From: Camelus dromedarius
Taxonomy: Eukaryota
Reading direction: 5' to 3'
DNA length: 64,000 nt
Assembly: GCF_036321535.1 (NCBI RefSeq)
Contig: NC_087436.1
Location: forward strand, 37,636,001 to 37,700,000
A program made the position numbers and the translations under genes. Of this stretch, positions 1 through 13,920 are shown one piece after another. A model generated the notes under the pieces. That model did not search any database and had not been told where the DNA came from. It saw nothing but the letters and a program-made list of their open reading frames with translations. Each line of letters opens with the position of its first letter. Position 1 is the first letter of the stretch.

Positions 1-3000
1 AGGAAGGAAGAAATGCAGGCAGACAAACCTATTATTTCTGTGTTTTGGAGATACGTATATCCTAACTTTTCCTTCAGTTAACCGTGATGCGAAGAAGCAG
101 CAATTACCCTCCCTGCCTCCACCATGTGCGCGCGCAACCCCCCGCCCCCATTTTCTTCCATATGGAGACTTACAAGGACTCTGTAAGCTCCCAAGTCCCA
201 TTCTATTGCCTCCCTTCCTCAGAAGTGTATATTAATGTTTAGAGTCTCTCCATTTACCCATGATGAAAATGACTCGGAATTTAGTAGTTAATGTACTTTT
301 TTTTCCTACAGTAGTAAAACGTGTGTGTTTCTGAGAGAATGAGAGAGGTAGGTCCTTTGGCAGCGATTTAAAATGCTCGGAGATGGTTTTCATGTTAGCC
401 TTTATGGTGAACATGACCTGGGGTCCAGAGGAAGGATGAGTGGATGAGGCAGATGTCGCGCTCATGCTTTTATCTCGGGGGAGATGAGAGAAAGAAGAAA
501 GGGAGGCAAGAGGCGTCAATCAGGGCAGGAATGGAGGAGTGAGGCTACTCGTCTTTCCGTCTCTCTCTCCTGAACCGACTTCTTTCTACTTGAACCACTT
601 TAGATTCTGCAGGGGTAACATTTGCAGCCTCTTGAAGTATTACCTATTGATATCATGGTTGTCGTACCACACTTTCTTCCAAAGCAAAAAGTGAAGGGGC
701 AGGGGAAACAACTTTGATTCCAGGGAGAAATCAAAGTAAATACAATATTTTACAGTTTTTATATTTCCCTTTAAAAAAAGCTCAAAGCATATTGTTTAAA
801 AAGCAGCCCCACTCAACATATTATGATCCCAAAGTTCATCCTTGCTTTACCGGACTCTTATAAGACCAGCTCCTCGTCTGAATTTTTCTAAAGCAGATTT
901 TTCCCTGTCCTAAAATTTATTTTAAGAAATGTAAGTACTTTTTAAAATAAATTTTGTGTTCAGAAAATTATCACTGTAACCTAGCCAGGAAAACTATTTT
1001 GATTCATTATAGTTTCAAGGAGAGGTAATCTCAGTAGAATAGGATGAATGTTAAATTCTGATGATGTGCCCTCTTTACCTGGCGTTAAACTCATTCACAT
1101 TAGCACTGACTAAACCTATGTCTTAAACATGGTGGAATATCTCTGATATTTGTTGCCTCCTGGGAACAATATACTGGTTTTAGATGCACTTAAGGAGCTC
1201 CTGTGTCTTTCCCTATATTCAAAGCATTCAAATGTCTTTATGCAAAACATTGGTGTACTTTAAGAAAATTAAACAATAGTTGTTTGTTTGTTTTTTTTTT
1301 CCCATGTGGATAGTGCACTCCCCTCCAGATGCAGTATTTGGCAGCCAAACAGCTGCTGGCCATTAAATGTCCCTTAAAGCTTCATTTTTTGCTTATGAAG
1401 GGAAGAGTAATGTAGGGACGCTTATGGGGTGATGGGTAGATGTTTTGGTTTGAGCAAGACTATGTGCTAAGCAAAAGCTAAAATGATCTTTTTTATGATA
1501 TCATCAGCATTTTTACAATTCTTTTGACCTTTTTGTTTCTAACCTCTTTCTTACCTGACCCAAAGTTAAACTATTCTGAAAGGGCAGAATAAAGAGCCAT
1601 TTATATAGTTACTGTCCACATTGTAGAGAAGTTAATAGTATCATCTGCTTTCTCAGACAGACATTATTTTCAGTCCATTCACACTGTTCTGTCAGATAAA
1701 AGAAATTAATTTTGAAGTGCTGAGTGAGTATTTTTAATGACTCACAAAACATCACAGATCATCATAAATTTTTTCTCATGAATTTTACTAATTCTTAGTC
1801 ATGCTTTAATTTAAATAGTTTCAATATTAAAATTCATGAAACGAAATTTGTCAGTTTTTCAGAAATTCTAGTTCTTCAAACTAGTAAACATCAAAGTTAC
1901 GTTGGGTTTCAGGACAACAGTCTAATTAAGCCTCTTCTCTTTCCAAAATAAGAAAGTAGCATCTCAAGCATGTGTTTCTGTGTAATATCTTACATAAAAT
2001 CAGCCTTTATTGGATGGATACACTTACAGAGGTTTAAGATAGGGGGCTTTTAGAAAACTTGGGTTTTCAGTCAGACTCTGTAGAGTACATTTTGGAAAAG
2101 TTTCTTCCATACAAACAACACCCATGGGGTGAACACAGACTTTCCATTTTCTGAAGCCCAGCTTTTCCAAAATGCCCGAGAAAATATCTACAGTATATCT
2201 TTTGTTCTGTCTTTAATACTTTATGCCTACATAAACTCTTTGATTCAATGCAGCAATCATTTGTAAATTTCCTACTGTGTGCTAGGAAATGTTTGGGGAG
2301 ATATCATTGGAAAGAACACCAAATTAGAATTCTCCAAAGGAGCTACTTATCACTTACCTGGGAAGGGCTGGTACTCCCTCTCTGCATGAAATTCGTGTAT
2401 CTGGAGACCGAGTTGCTAGCTGTTACCTCAGTGGAAATGTCTTTAAGTGTGGAGGCGCAGAACTCCCTTGGAGGTCTACATTAGGCCTCAGGAGGGCCAC
2501 AGACAACAGGCAGCCAGCTGAATGAGTTATATGTCTGCTCTTTCCATGTGTGACAACTCTTAAGAGTTGTCCTTTTCTCACAGGAGGCTTCAGAGTTTAA
2601 GCTAATGGCATGTCCTCCAACGTGGTAATTAAATACACAGACCCTCCTAAGGAAGTACATTTAGTTCCCATGGCTTGAATCTGATGTAGTTCAAAGCCAA
2701 TTAATATGATGGAAGTTATTGCATTAGCAAAATTCCAGTTTTCAAGGCAATTTGAAAATTATGAATTCACCGCTCTATGCTATGCTAACAGGAAGTTATG
2801 TAAAAACACAAAGTGAGGAAATAATGTGGAAAAATGAAGGGATTTGAGTTTGGAAAATTCGATTTGGTTTTGGTTTGGCTCTTTCTCTTTTATTCCTTCA
2901 TATAAATTGAACATTTAAATTTAATATCCTCAGTGAATTGAGTTTTTTCATCTCTGGGAGGCTTCTGCTTCGAATACTACGTTCGTCTCTGTTCAAACAT

Positions 3001-5499
3001 AGGTTTACTTTAAAGGAGGCAGGTTATGTTCAGAATTTATTTGAAATAAATTTTCATTCCCTGCATTTAATCATTTTTATCATTTGCTAATTTTTATATT
3101 GACATAGTGCCCACTCTATATCCTGATATACCTCTCTGTTAGGAAGGATTGTAATTACTTAAATCACACATCACCTCACTTTCCAAGGCAACTGCACTAG
3201 AGAGTCATTTTTCCATTTCTCATTTAGGAAATCCTAAGCTAGAGACATCTGCTTTCCAGATAAAATTAATTCCATTGTTCTAAGCATGTAAGTTCCATTA
3301 TTCTCTGTATATTACCAGATCAGTGTTTTCAATTATTACAGAAAATAAAGCATGTGAAAAAGTGAAGTATCATTTGTTTTAAGACTCAGATCATTTGGAT
3401 GATTTGTCTTTTTAAAATTTTTATTTTACTTTGTACTGTATCACTTTATTTTAGAACGTAAACAGGAAAAGGAGTGTAAACATTAGCAACAAAACTTAGA
3501 TGAGTTTCATACCCTATGCTGCTGTTATTATCAATATTTGAATGTGACACTGTTGAGGTGTTATGCATAGTCAGACTTACGTTTATCTAATATTTTACAC
3601 AACTTGGAAAGTCTTTTCACCTTTACATCTAAATTTAGCATAGGTTACAAGCTACAGAGAAAAGTAAACTTCAGTACGTGATTGTTGGTTATTTCCAACT
3701 GCTTCTGTCTTACCTTTTGAATGGTCAGTTGCTCTTTACAGGAAAAGAGCTGACCACGGGGCATAGCACGTGGTTAATGTTCTGAAATTTTTGTTGAATG
3801 AGTGGGTAAGTGGAGACTAATTTAGCCTCTACTCCTCTGCTAAGCAGAACACTTTTCTGAACATTACAAATTAACCTGCCGCCATGTCATCTTCTTATTT
3901 TCCTTAACTTTCTCTTTCTTTTTGAAAATCGTTTTTATTTTCTAATTATAACATTAAAACATGATGTATATAAGTCAGTTCTTTGTGTGTGGCATCTCTA
4001 AGAGTTGTTATATTTATGCAAAAGGCTTTAGTGTTTGCAAATCAAGATGAAAAGGAAGAAATGGAAACTCAGGTTTAATCCTCCCATGCAAAATAACTAC
4101 TGATAGAATTTTTCACCTCTCTCTCTACAACGTTTTGTTTTTCCTTGAAAAATGGGACTACAGAGAAAAGGTTGTTTTCAAAAAAAAAAATTTAGGTAGG
4201 TCTATTATGAATATTTTCCCAAGAAAATATTTATCTCTATAGTATCCAGTTATATAGCTGTATCGATATTTATTTAACTGATTCCCTGTTTGAGACATTT
4301 ATGTTTTATTCAGTCTCTTACTATTAGGAACAATGCTGCAATAAACATATTTGTATTTAAACCTTTGTGCGCATTCGTTTTTGTTTTCCTAGGGTAAATT
4401 CCTAAAAGTGGAATTGTTGAGTGAAGGTTGAGAAAAGACTTTCGATATGCACTTAACAAATATGCACTTAACAATGTTCTCAAGCGAAATAATGCCAGAT
4501 TACCTCCCTCCAGAAGTCAAGTAATTTTTCTACATTGTTATTGTTGCTCCGAATATTATTTACTATTCAACCAAGTACTTCACTCTGGTCAAAATTTCTT
4601 TCCTAAGAATGCCATCCCTTACTGGAGTTAAAAGTTGCTCTGCCACTTCAGTTGGTTGACTTTCTAGACGTCCTTCTCCCCAGATGAGACAGCCTACTCC
4701 TTGATTTCCTCTATAGTCAATCCCATCAGTCACTTCTTTTCTAACATCCTCGTTTCTTGACCTTATTGTCCATCTCTCCAACCGGGCTTGTTACTCTTTG
4801 GCCAATGGTGCAGCTTTTTTTCCTAGAACTTATTTTACCACCACAGCTCTTCTGATAGTTGGTTCTTTTCTGGCTGTTCAGCTGCTCTAGGGAGGTTTTT
4901 TCCAATTTTTAGTCTTCAGACATATGACTGGCTGTAGGTATTTAGAGCAGAAGTGAGGGACGGGATCTCAAACTACTACAGTTTACTATGTAGATTTTCA
5001 TGCCGCACTTCACCTCCACCCCAGACTTCTTTTGTGCCTCCTGTCCCTGAATCCAGAGGCTTTTGTTTTGTTTTGTTTATTTATTTTCCAGAGGCTTTTG
5101 GTTTCATCTTTCCAAAAGAATCAGTCTCTGGCCACACATGGGGTATATTTGCCTGGCTGCCAGGGTTCACATGAGGAGAGACCTCAGGGATTCAAATGCT
5201 CCAGAATCAGAGAGAGAATTGGTTCCCTAGTTTCAGCATTGTCTTCAGTCCTTTCAAGTGCTCAGCTTCTCAGATATTCTCTGGAACAAATTGTCCTCTG
5301 TTTTTGGTGGCTTCTCTCGCTAAAGATGTGGCCTTTACCTTCCTCTGCTCCAGTAATTCAGTTATGACTTCCGATTTTCTTTTCCCCAAAATTGACTGAA
5401 AAATGTTCATCTACTGTTTCTTCTCTCCCAATTCTCCTTGCCCTTGTAGAGTAAGGATGGTTTAAAGAATCCCATTCCTTGGGATTTTAACAGGGCTCT

Positions 5500-7350
5500 A
5501 AGAAAAAGAGTTAAATTCATAACATGCTATTTACCATTGATGTCTGCCTATTACTGAAACATGGTAAAGTCAAGATCAATTTGGAGAATTATTTTAGAAG
5601 TGAGACAGGATTTAGATACTATCTGAGGCTTTATGTTTTCTGTCATTTTCAGTTTGTTGGTCAGAGACTTGGTAGTTCATCAAGTGTATTTACATCCAGT
5701 TAACTGCAACGTGCATTAACTTGTCTCATTTAATGCTTTGCACTCAAATTGTACCTTGCTGATCTCAACCCCAGCATTTTGACTGTTGTTTTCGTTTGTC
5801 GGCTCTGCCTTGGCCCAATACCTTACTGTTAGCCTCTTGGAATCACTTAGTTATTGAGTGTCTTTTCTACTGAGCAGAGATACGGATTTTGCTTTGTAAG
5901 CCACATTCAAAATCTTGTTCATTAAATAGCCGAGATAAGCTGCTTTACATGTGTTGATAGGATCAGCATGTTTGTTCTTAATTCTGTCTTCTTATTTGAT
6001 GTTACTATTAATTTTAGATTTACAATGTTTCCTTCTCCACTTGGTCTGTCTTCTTTGCATATTTGAGTGCTTATTTTCGCATTTAAGAAAGCTTGTATTT
6101 TTATTCTAGTAGTTGCCTAACTCTGCGCTAAGAACTCTTAAAATTCCCTTAATCCTTTTTTCCCCTTGATTAAGCTTCTGTTATCTGATTTGTTAGATTT
6201 AAATGGTATTCTTTGACTCCTATCTATAATCTATGCAACAATCAATGAATTTATTCATTAGAAATACTTCTACTTTTTCACAGAAATTATTCTACTTTTC
6301 CCCCTCTCACAAATTTTTAAATTATTTTTATGTTGTCAGAACACATAATTTACATAATGCCTTTTCATACTTGTTCTCGTCTTTGTTTTAGCCTTGGGTA
6401 TATTCTTAGACCTACTATTTTAATACTCATCAGCAGTCCTTTTGCCAAAGCTCCTTTAGTTTTGACACATGTAAAACAGCATAGCTGAATACAAGATTCT
6501 TTACTCATACTTTCCTAAATTTTTTTTTTAAACACCATGTCATTTTTGTCTTGCTTTCGATATTTCAGTCAAGAAATTTTGTAAATTTCTTGGTATTTTT
6601 TTTCCCAGAGGACCAATTCTTAAAAAATTGAATAATTTTACTAGACTCTGTCTTGTAATTTTGAAGGTATGAGGTGGGGACTGGGAGGCACTTTCAACAA
6701 TAAGATTAAGATTTCGTTGTTGTTTTTTTTTAACTTTGATTAGTTTTTATGGTAGCTCTATTCCATTGTTTTATTTTTCTTATTCAGAAAAATGAAACGT
6801 ATTGGATCTTTTTTGCTGTTCTATATTGAGCACTTTCTTTCTGATCCTATTTATTTCTTCATTTCATTTTTGTTCCTCTGTTCAAAATCACTTATGAGAC
6901 TTGTAGTCAAATCTATTCTTGCTTGGACACTTTACAATTTGGCCTTCACCTAGGAGATGACTTTTACCGTTTTTCCAATTTGCCTTCCTGAATTTGATCA
7001 TATCTCATTTTAAACTGTGCTTTTGTTCACTTCTGTACTGGGTTTTTTGAATTTGTGATTTAAGGTCCTCCTTTATATCTAAAAATGCTTATTTAGAGAT
7101 GTTTAATTCTTGTTGGCGTAGGTGTTTTATCATAATTTCCCTGTGCTTCATGTTTAGGTTTTTAGAGACTATTTTCATCAGCTAAAATCTTTTGAGTCTC
7201 ATTTTCTATTTTCTTCTTGTGTTTTTCATGGTTGTCACTTGTCATTTTATAATCATTTTCTTGGACTGGGAATAATAGATGTTTTTATGTTGATTTGGTG
7301 ATAATGTCTTGCTAGGTTTCTTCTTTTAAGAGGCCCCTCGCCTGCTAGTA
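5500..7350 (-). mobile_element. Highly decayed L1M-type fragments
   Basis: Long T-rich tract with antisense-L1 character. Boundaries approximate. Confidence 0.45.
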
Positions 7351-7609
7351 AAGATAAATGCTTTTTCTTTGGTAGTTGGTCTGTTCGAGGTTGATGTATC
7401 TTCTGACTTTGTTTTTATAGGGTTCAATTCCCCAACTTGCTCTCTTGTATCTCTTCACTACCAGACTCAACAGGATGCTTCCTCCTTCCAGGTCTCACCC
7501 TCTCCTTCACGGTGGCGCCTTCCTAAGGGAGACAGTTCTCCACGGCCTCTCACACTCATGCGCGTCTGACAAGCAGAGGCACTAACTGCCTTTGTTCTGG
7601 GTTACTTTT

Positions 7610-8021
7610 TCAAAGATATTTACTGAAACAAAATTCTTAGAAGACAAAAGGAATAGCTTCTCTGGACTAGAGGGCACAACTACTTACAGTCTTGGCATAT
7701 AGTGTCTCCCTTTGTAGCAGGTAGGCATATTTACTGTCCAGGATAAAATATTCACTTTCCTGAGATCAGGGCTCCTCCTCTGTAAGGCAATGCACTTGGT
7801 CGCCAGTGCCACCTGGCCCCTCACTGTGAGAAGCAGGCTTGAGAAACTAGCCCAGTTTATCAAAAGGGCTGATACTCTGGCTCCTGCTCTTTCAGTGAGC
7901 TAGAAGTCCTTTGTCTCCGGTGTAGGAGCCTCATCTCTTCTGTCAGTATCCGTGAAACACTGACCGGCTAAATTGTTAGTTTCCAAGTAGGGTAAAGTCT
8001 CAGACTCGTCACGGTTCTTGA
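7610..8021 (+). mobile_element. Old solo LTR, probably ERVL class (family uncertain)
   Basis: 3' end ...ggctaaattgttagtttccaagtagggtaaagtctcagactcgtcacggttcttga resembles eutherian ERVL LTR ends. The start coordinate is approximate. Confidence 0.55.
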
Positions 8022-8432
8022 TGGCGGCCTTTTGATCTCTGGGTCCCCAGAAACCAGTTCTCAGACTCATTCTGAGGATTTTCCCATTCAGAATGGGACT
8101 TTCCCCTCTTTTATTTTTCCCTCAAATTTTATGGTATATTCCTTTTAAAAAATGTATTGTGAATATTTTCAAACATATACAAAAGCAGAGAGAATATTAT
8201 GGTGAACCCCTTAATCATGATAGCAGTTTTTATAATATTCAACACATGAGCAATCTTATTTCATCTATATCCACACCTACTCTGCAACTTTGGATTTTGA
8301 AGAAATTCCAAAATGTCATTTCATTTCATCTGTGAATATTTCAGTATTTCCAAAAGATAAGAATTAAAAACTAATACCAACAATATCATTATTACACCTA
8401 ACGTATTTAACAATAATAATAACTGCTTCTTC

Positions 8433-8623
8433 TTAAATTTTTTTAAACTTTTAAAAAATTTGTTAATTTATTTTTTGTTGAAGTACAGTCAGTTACAATG
8501 TGTCAATTTCTGGTGTACAGCACAATGTCTCAGTCATGAATATACATACATATATTTGTTTTCATCTTCTTTTTCATTAAAGGTTATTTCAAGATATTGA
8601 ACATCGTTTCCTGTGCTATACAG
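8433..8623 (-). mobile_element. Young 5'-truncated L1 3' end, nested in an older L1MC/MD 3' end
   Basis: ttgaagtacagtcagttacaatgtgtcaatttctggtgtacagcac... with T-rich tail. 18-bp TSD aataataact(g/a)cttcttc at 8415-8432 and 8624-8641. Confidence 0.8.
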
Positions 8624-9408
8624 AATAATAACTACTTCTTCACATCACAAAATATCCAGTCTTAACATTTTTCCAATTGACCTTTTTTTATTTACAGTTT
8701 ATTGAACTAGGATCAAGCATTTAAGTTGATTGATCCAGCTCTTAATTATCTTTTGGTCAACAGTTCCTTCTTTCTCTTCTTTTTTTCTTTGCAGCTTTGT
8801 TGTTGTTTTGTTTTGCTGCCTTTGTTCTTTTGAAGAAACTGGATAATTTGTAGTTTGCCAACAACCATCATCGTGACCCTTTAATATACTCCTCTGTCTA
8901 CTGTATTTACTATAAATTACTCCTTGGGTCTAAAAGCCTGGTCAGAATCAAGTTTTATTTATTTATTTGGTAAGACTACTTTATAAGCTATCTTATATCT
9001 TCTACCAGGAAGTACTTACAGCTGGGGGTTACTATCAGCCTCTGATAATTGCCTAGATCCATTCATTCATTATTATTATAAAATAAAAATGGAGCATTCT
9101 ACCATTTCTTCTTTATTATGTAGAATACTTTTATAAATAGAAATTTCCCGCCAAACTATAGACTATTCTGAGACATGGATTATATAGTGGAGACAAGATA
9201 AATAACTTGTTTCTGTCATGTACCTGTTTTGGAAATAATGAGGACTTGTTCTTTCTCAGGGAGATTTTGTGGCTGTTCATCACCACTAGACCTCAACGAG
9301 TGTGCTTCTCTTTTCCACCCAGTCTTCACCAGACCCTGCTCTGGTGTGGTTGCCAAACCTAGCTCTGTTGGTTTGGAATTAAAATTTATAGTATTCTCTG
9401 TCTCCTAT

Positions 9409-9798
9409 TGCTATGGACTGAACTGTGTTCCCCCCAAATTCATATACTGAAGCCTGGAACTAATGTGACAGTATTTAGAGATGGGGTCTTTAGGGGATAA
9501 ATGAGGTTAATTGAGGTCATAAGGGTGGGGTCCTGATGAAATAGGATCAGTATCCTTATAGGAAGAGATGCCAGAGAGCTAGCTTGAGCTGTCTCTATAC
9601 ACACAAATGAAAGAAGAGATCATGTGAGCAAGATGGCATAATCTGCAAGCCAAGAGAAGAGGCCTCAGAATAAAACCTACTTTGCTGGCACCTTGCTCTT
9701 GGACTTCCCAGCCTCCAGAACCATGAGAAATAAATTTCTATTTTTGAAGCCCCCCAGTCTGTGGTATTTTGTTATGGAAGCCCCAGCAGGCTAAGACA
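9409..9798 (+). mobile_element. MaLR solo LTR (MLT1A/B-like)
   Basis: Starts tgctatggactgaactgtgttccccc, contains ttggacttcccagcctccagaaccatgagaaataaatttct, ends ggctaagaca. Confidence 0.88.
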
Positions 9799-10234
9799 TT
9801 TATGCTACAGGTGCCTGCTATGGATTTAATTTGCTCTTCTTGTTGATCTGTAAGGGTTTGGGAGGACTTGTGGAGGAATTTGGATTAGGCAACTGCTAAA
9901 AATTTAACAGGAATCCAGAAGTCCAGGCAATATATTGGGAAATAGTCTCCTAGAGAAACACAGGTACTTAATTATTATCAAAGATATGATTCCCAAATCT
10001 AGTTCAATTTATGACCAGTAGAAATGTTCTAGAGAACAAGGATTCATTTCATCTCTATATAGTGCTAATCTTTCCTTTATTATACGGTGTAACTTGTTAG
10101 AGGATGATGAGACCCCATCCTCATCAATGGCACACGGAAAATCACACCCATCCTTTTGAGCAAAGCTGACAGAAGGTCTTATCTATTGACAAGTAAAGAG
10201 CATCCACTATCTCAGCAACACCATTTAAAAACAG

Positions 10235-10415
10235 TTTTGTGGTTAAGAGTGTGGTTCCTTGAGTCAGACTGCACAAGTTCAAATCACACTTTTTAGGTAA
10301 GTTACTTCATCTTTCTAAAATCTTCATTTTTTTCATCTTCCTGATGGGGATAATAATAGTGGTGAAGATTAAATAAAATAATATTTATAGAGCCCCTGGC
10401 ATATAGCAAGCATTC
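10235..10415 (+). mobile_element. MIR SINE
   Basis: gtggttaagag...gagtcagactg...gttcaaatc...atggggataataatagt...cctggcatatagcaagcattca. Confidence 0.75.
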
Positions 10416-10949
10416 AGTCATCCTACAGATGTATTTAAAACAATCAACAAACAATCAATATAAGTTATGTATAGAAAACATTTTGCCTTAAAAATATTTC
10501 AAATTTCAATAAATTTCTCTTTACTTAGAAACCATCATGTAAAATTAGGTGTAAGTCAATATAATACTCAAAAATAGGTTATTAACTTGTCTCTCGCAAT
10601 AAGAAATATAAGAAGCATCTAGGACAGTTCTTGGCCCATAACTAACTTCAATAAATATTTGTTGAATGAGTGAATAAAAAACATATAATGAAAATATACA
10701 ACTCATATTTAGCTCGCCCCATTTGGATCAAAGGATAAAGGACATTGATTCTTCTGCAGTTATTCTATGGAGCTTCAGAGCCACACATGAGTATTTGTGA
10801 GACTTGCCATAACTTTATAGATCAGAATTTACAAGGCTAATCTGAAGCCTTGCTATTTCCTCTGAGCTCAATATCCTTTCTATTTATAATGCTACTTGGG
10901 TTCATAAAGCATCAGTCATATCCAATGTAACATTTTTTTCTGACATTCA

Positions 10950-11175
10950 ATGAGTGACTTTTGACATACCCCGTTCTCCAACACAAATACAAACAATTCA
11001 ATTCAATTTTGACACTAGCTACCTAGAGTTAGCACAGACCCCACAGGTTAAGGGCTCAGTCCCACAAGACTGGCCCCACTTTGAACGCCAGTCAAAAGTC
11101 CCAGGGGCCACCTATACTTCCTACTGACCTGTTATACATTTGGGGCTCCCATAACCCTCTCCTCAGGTTCTAAAT
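10950..11175. mobile_element. LTR fragment, MER21-like
   Basis: caattttgacactagctacctagagttagcacagaccccacaggttaagggctcagtcccacaagact resembles the recalled MER21 group. Confidence 0.55.
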
Positions 11176-11332
11176 TTCACTCGAATGTTAATACCTCAAC
11201 TCAGTGTTAGAGCAGTTAATTAGAACATTTAAAAATCACCAGACTTATGAAATAGTGTAGAGAGATTTAAAGGAAATATAGCATCTACATAGACTTAGTT
11301 GCTTAATTCAATGACATTTAATAAATCATGTA

Positions 11333-11822
11333 CAGAGGTCCCCAGCTTAACAATGGTTTGACTTAACCATTTATGGAATTTATGATAGTGCAAAAGTGAT
11401 GCACATTCAGTAGAAACTGTACATCAAATTTTGCATTTTGATCTTTCCCTGGGCTACTGATATGCAGTGTGATATTCTCTTGGGATGCTGAGCAGCGGCA
11501 GGGAGTGGCAGCTCCCAGTCAGTTGTGCCATACCAAGGGTAAACCACCAATATACCTACAACCATTCTATACCTGTACAACCATTCTGTTTATCACTTTC
11601 AGTGTTCAACAGATTGCATGAGATCTTCAACCCTTTACTATAAAGCAGGCTTTGTGTTAGATGATTTCGCCCAACTGTAGGCTAATACAAATGTTCTGAG
11701 CACTTTCAAGGTAAGCTAAGCTAAGCCATGACGTTTGGTAGGTTAGGTGTATTAACAAATGTGTTTTCAACTCATAATGGGTTTATTGAGATGTAATGCC
11801 ATCATAAATCAAGGAAGATCTG
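11333..11822 (-). mobile_element. Tigger-derived MITE (MER47-like, TcMar)
   Basis: CAG...CTG termini with degenerate TIRs flanked by TA (11331-32, 11823-24). Internal gcccaactgtaggctaat...ttggtaggttaggtgtattaa is typical of MER47. Confidence 0.8.
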
Positions 11823-12479
11823 TATTGGTGTATCTTGGTTTCTACCAAACTTGAATAGATCCAATTTTAATGGAATTTTCTTTGATTTTCCTGAGACTTG
11901 CTAATTAATTTCTCTTTGTGATTTAGAAGTTCCTGCTTTACAGCTGTCAAAGCTTAATGTCTTTTTATGTTCTGAGCTATGCATCATTGATCATTGTTTT
12001 GTATTTTTTTAACTGATCTTGAGGACTTCTCTGCACTTCTGAACAATTCTCTGAACACTCATGGTTCCTTCATCTTTTCTCTTCATTTGTGGGCAGCTAA
12101 CAACACCAAAAAACAAATGGCAGAGAAATGAAACAAAACAAAACACCCAGACCACACACAAGGTATTCTCACTAATGTGACACTCCATGACGATTCTTTT
12201 CCAATGAGAAGGTTTTCCTCTAGCTGACCACCTCTTTTTCTTTAGCTCTTAGCCCTTTGGAGTCAATGCTTAAATGTATTTCTATTTTGAGGCAAAATGT
12301 CAAGAAGTAACCCCCATAAATACAAAATTAGATAGCTCTGTACCCTCAGGGGCTTAGTACAAAAAGAAAAATTCAGGTTATTTCCAAGTCTAACATTTCA
12401 ACACTTTCAAGTAAATTTGTATTTAAAAAGTCAGAGCACTGAGTGATGTGTCTATGCTAAAATGCCTCTGCCAATAATG

Positions 12480-13080
12480 AATAATTTGTAGACTTCTCAT
12501 TTCTCAGACTACCCAGTTTGCTCCTCTCTCAGTTTTCTGTCTCAATAAAGGGCAGCCAGCATCTCTGCCCAGATTCGTGAATAGCTTTCTAAATGGTCTC
12601 CACACCTTTACCCTTGCCTCCCTGCAGTTTACTCTAAACCCAGCAAGCAGAGCAGTCTTTCCAAAATAGAAGTCATCATATTACGCCTTTGCCCAAACCC
12701 TCATCTCCTCAGAGGAAAAGTTGAGTTTTTTTTTTTAATACCCATAAGCTCTCCTTGAGCGGCTCCTTCTTACCTCTAGTATTACCGACTAACCTCCCCC
12801 TCTAGCTCCTCTTCTCCAGTTATATCTTCCTCCTTGGCATCTGTTGGACACACCAGGCAAGCTCCAGCCTTAGGGTCTTGGCACTAGGGAATATTGCTTC
12901 CCCGTGCCATGTGGCTCACTCCTGCACCTCTGGCAAAGCTTGCTTAAACGTCTCCTTCTCAGTGAGCCCTGCCTGTGATCACCCTATGTAAAATTGCAAT
13001 CCCTGCCTCCTCAGGTCAACACACCATAGTTCTGACCCCACTTACCTTGCTTTGTATGTTTTCTGTAACACCTCTACCTG
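12480..13080 (+). mobile_element. L2 LINE fragment
   Basis: aatagctttctaaatggtctcc...cagcaagcagagcagtctttccaaaata...ttctcagtgagccctgcctgtgatcaccctatgtaaaattgca. Confidence 0.7.
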
Positions 13081-13179
13081 TTACTATGCTAAATAGACAA
13101 GTATTGCAAATGGGAAAGAGAAAAGAGAAGAGAAAGAGAAGTCAGTTAAGAACCAAGTCTAACAATTACAGAAGAGAAT

Positions 13180-13920
13180 GAGAAAATAACAAATATACTG
13201 AAATTTGATCAACCCCCTTGGTAAGTAGGAAAATGCAAATTAAAACAACAATGAAAAACTCATGGTTGGCAAAGATATTCACACATCTAGAGCTGCCATC
13301 AATTGCAGGAAAATAAGAATTCTTACACATAGCTGATAGGAATGAAAATTGCTGTAACCAATTTGGAAAGTAATCTAGAACACTATTAAAAGTTTGAACA
13401 TTTATACCCTAACTTTGGTAAATCTATTCTATGTAAAAAAAGTACTAGTATGTAAGAGTATATCTAGATGAATATTTCTCTTACAGCATTGATTATAGTG
13501 GCATTAAAAAGAAAAAATAATTAGAAACAACTTGGTAGTCCATCCTAGGGAAACAGTTAAATAAGTTTGGTCCATACATAATGTTCAATATTATTTAGCC
13601 ATTAAAAATAATTGGTTAGATCTATATGTATGAACCTGGAGGAATGTTCAGAGAAATGCAGAATAACCAAATAATTAGCAGGGTAGTGTATAATATGACT
13701 GCATTATTTTTTAAAAAAGGAAGAAAGAAAATATCATATATCATATAAATAGACACATATTTTTATGAGCATAGAGAAAAATACGGAAAACGGGTGCTAA
13801 TACTATCACAGTAACGTGGAACCGAGGGAAGAATAAGGTGATTAACGTTTTTATCTTCTCTAATGTTTGCTTGTTAAAATGGGAGTACTTTTAAGTGTGA
13901 AAATATCCAATAAAGAAAAA
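13180..13920 (+). mobile_element. L1ME-type 3' region
   Basis: aaatgcaaattaaaacaacaatga...tgataggaatgaaaattgctgtaacc...cagcattgattatagtggc...atattatttagccattaaaaa. Confidence 0.7.

Noticed and set aside
4445..4474. 15-bp tandem duplication atatgcacttaacaa x2
   Set aside because: Ordinary slippage duplication inside a decayed L1. Not an array.
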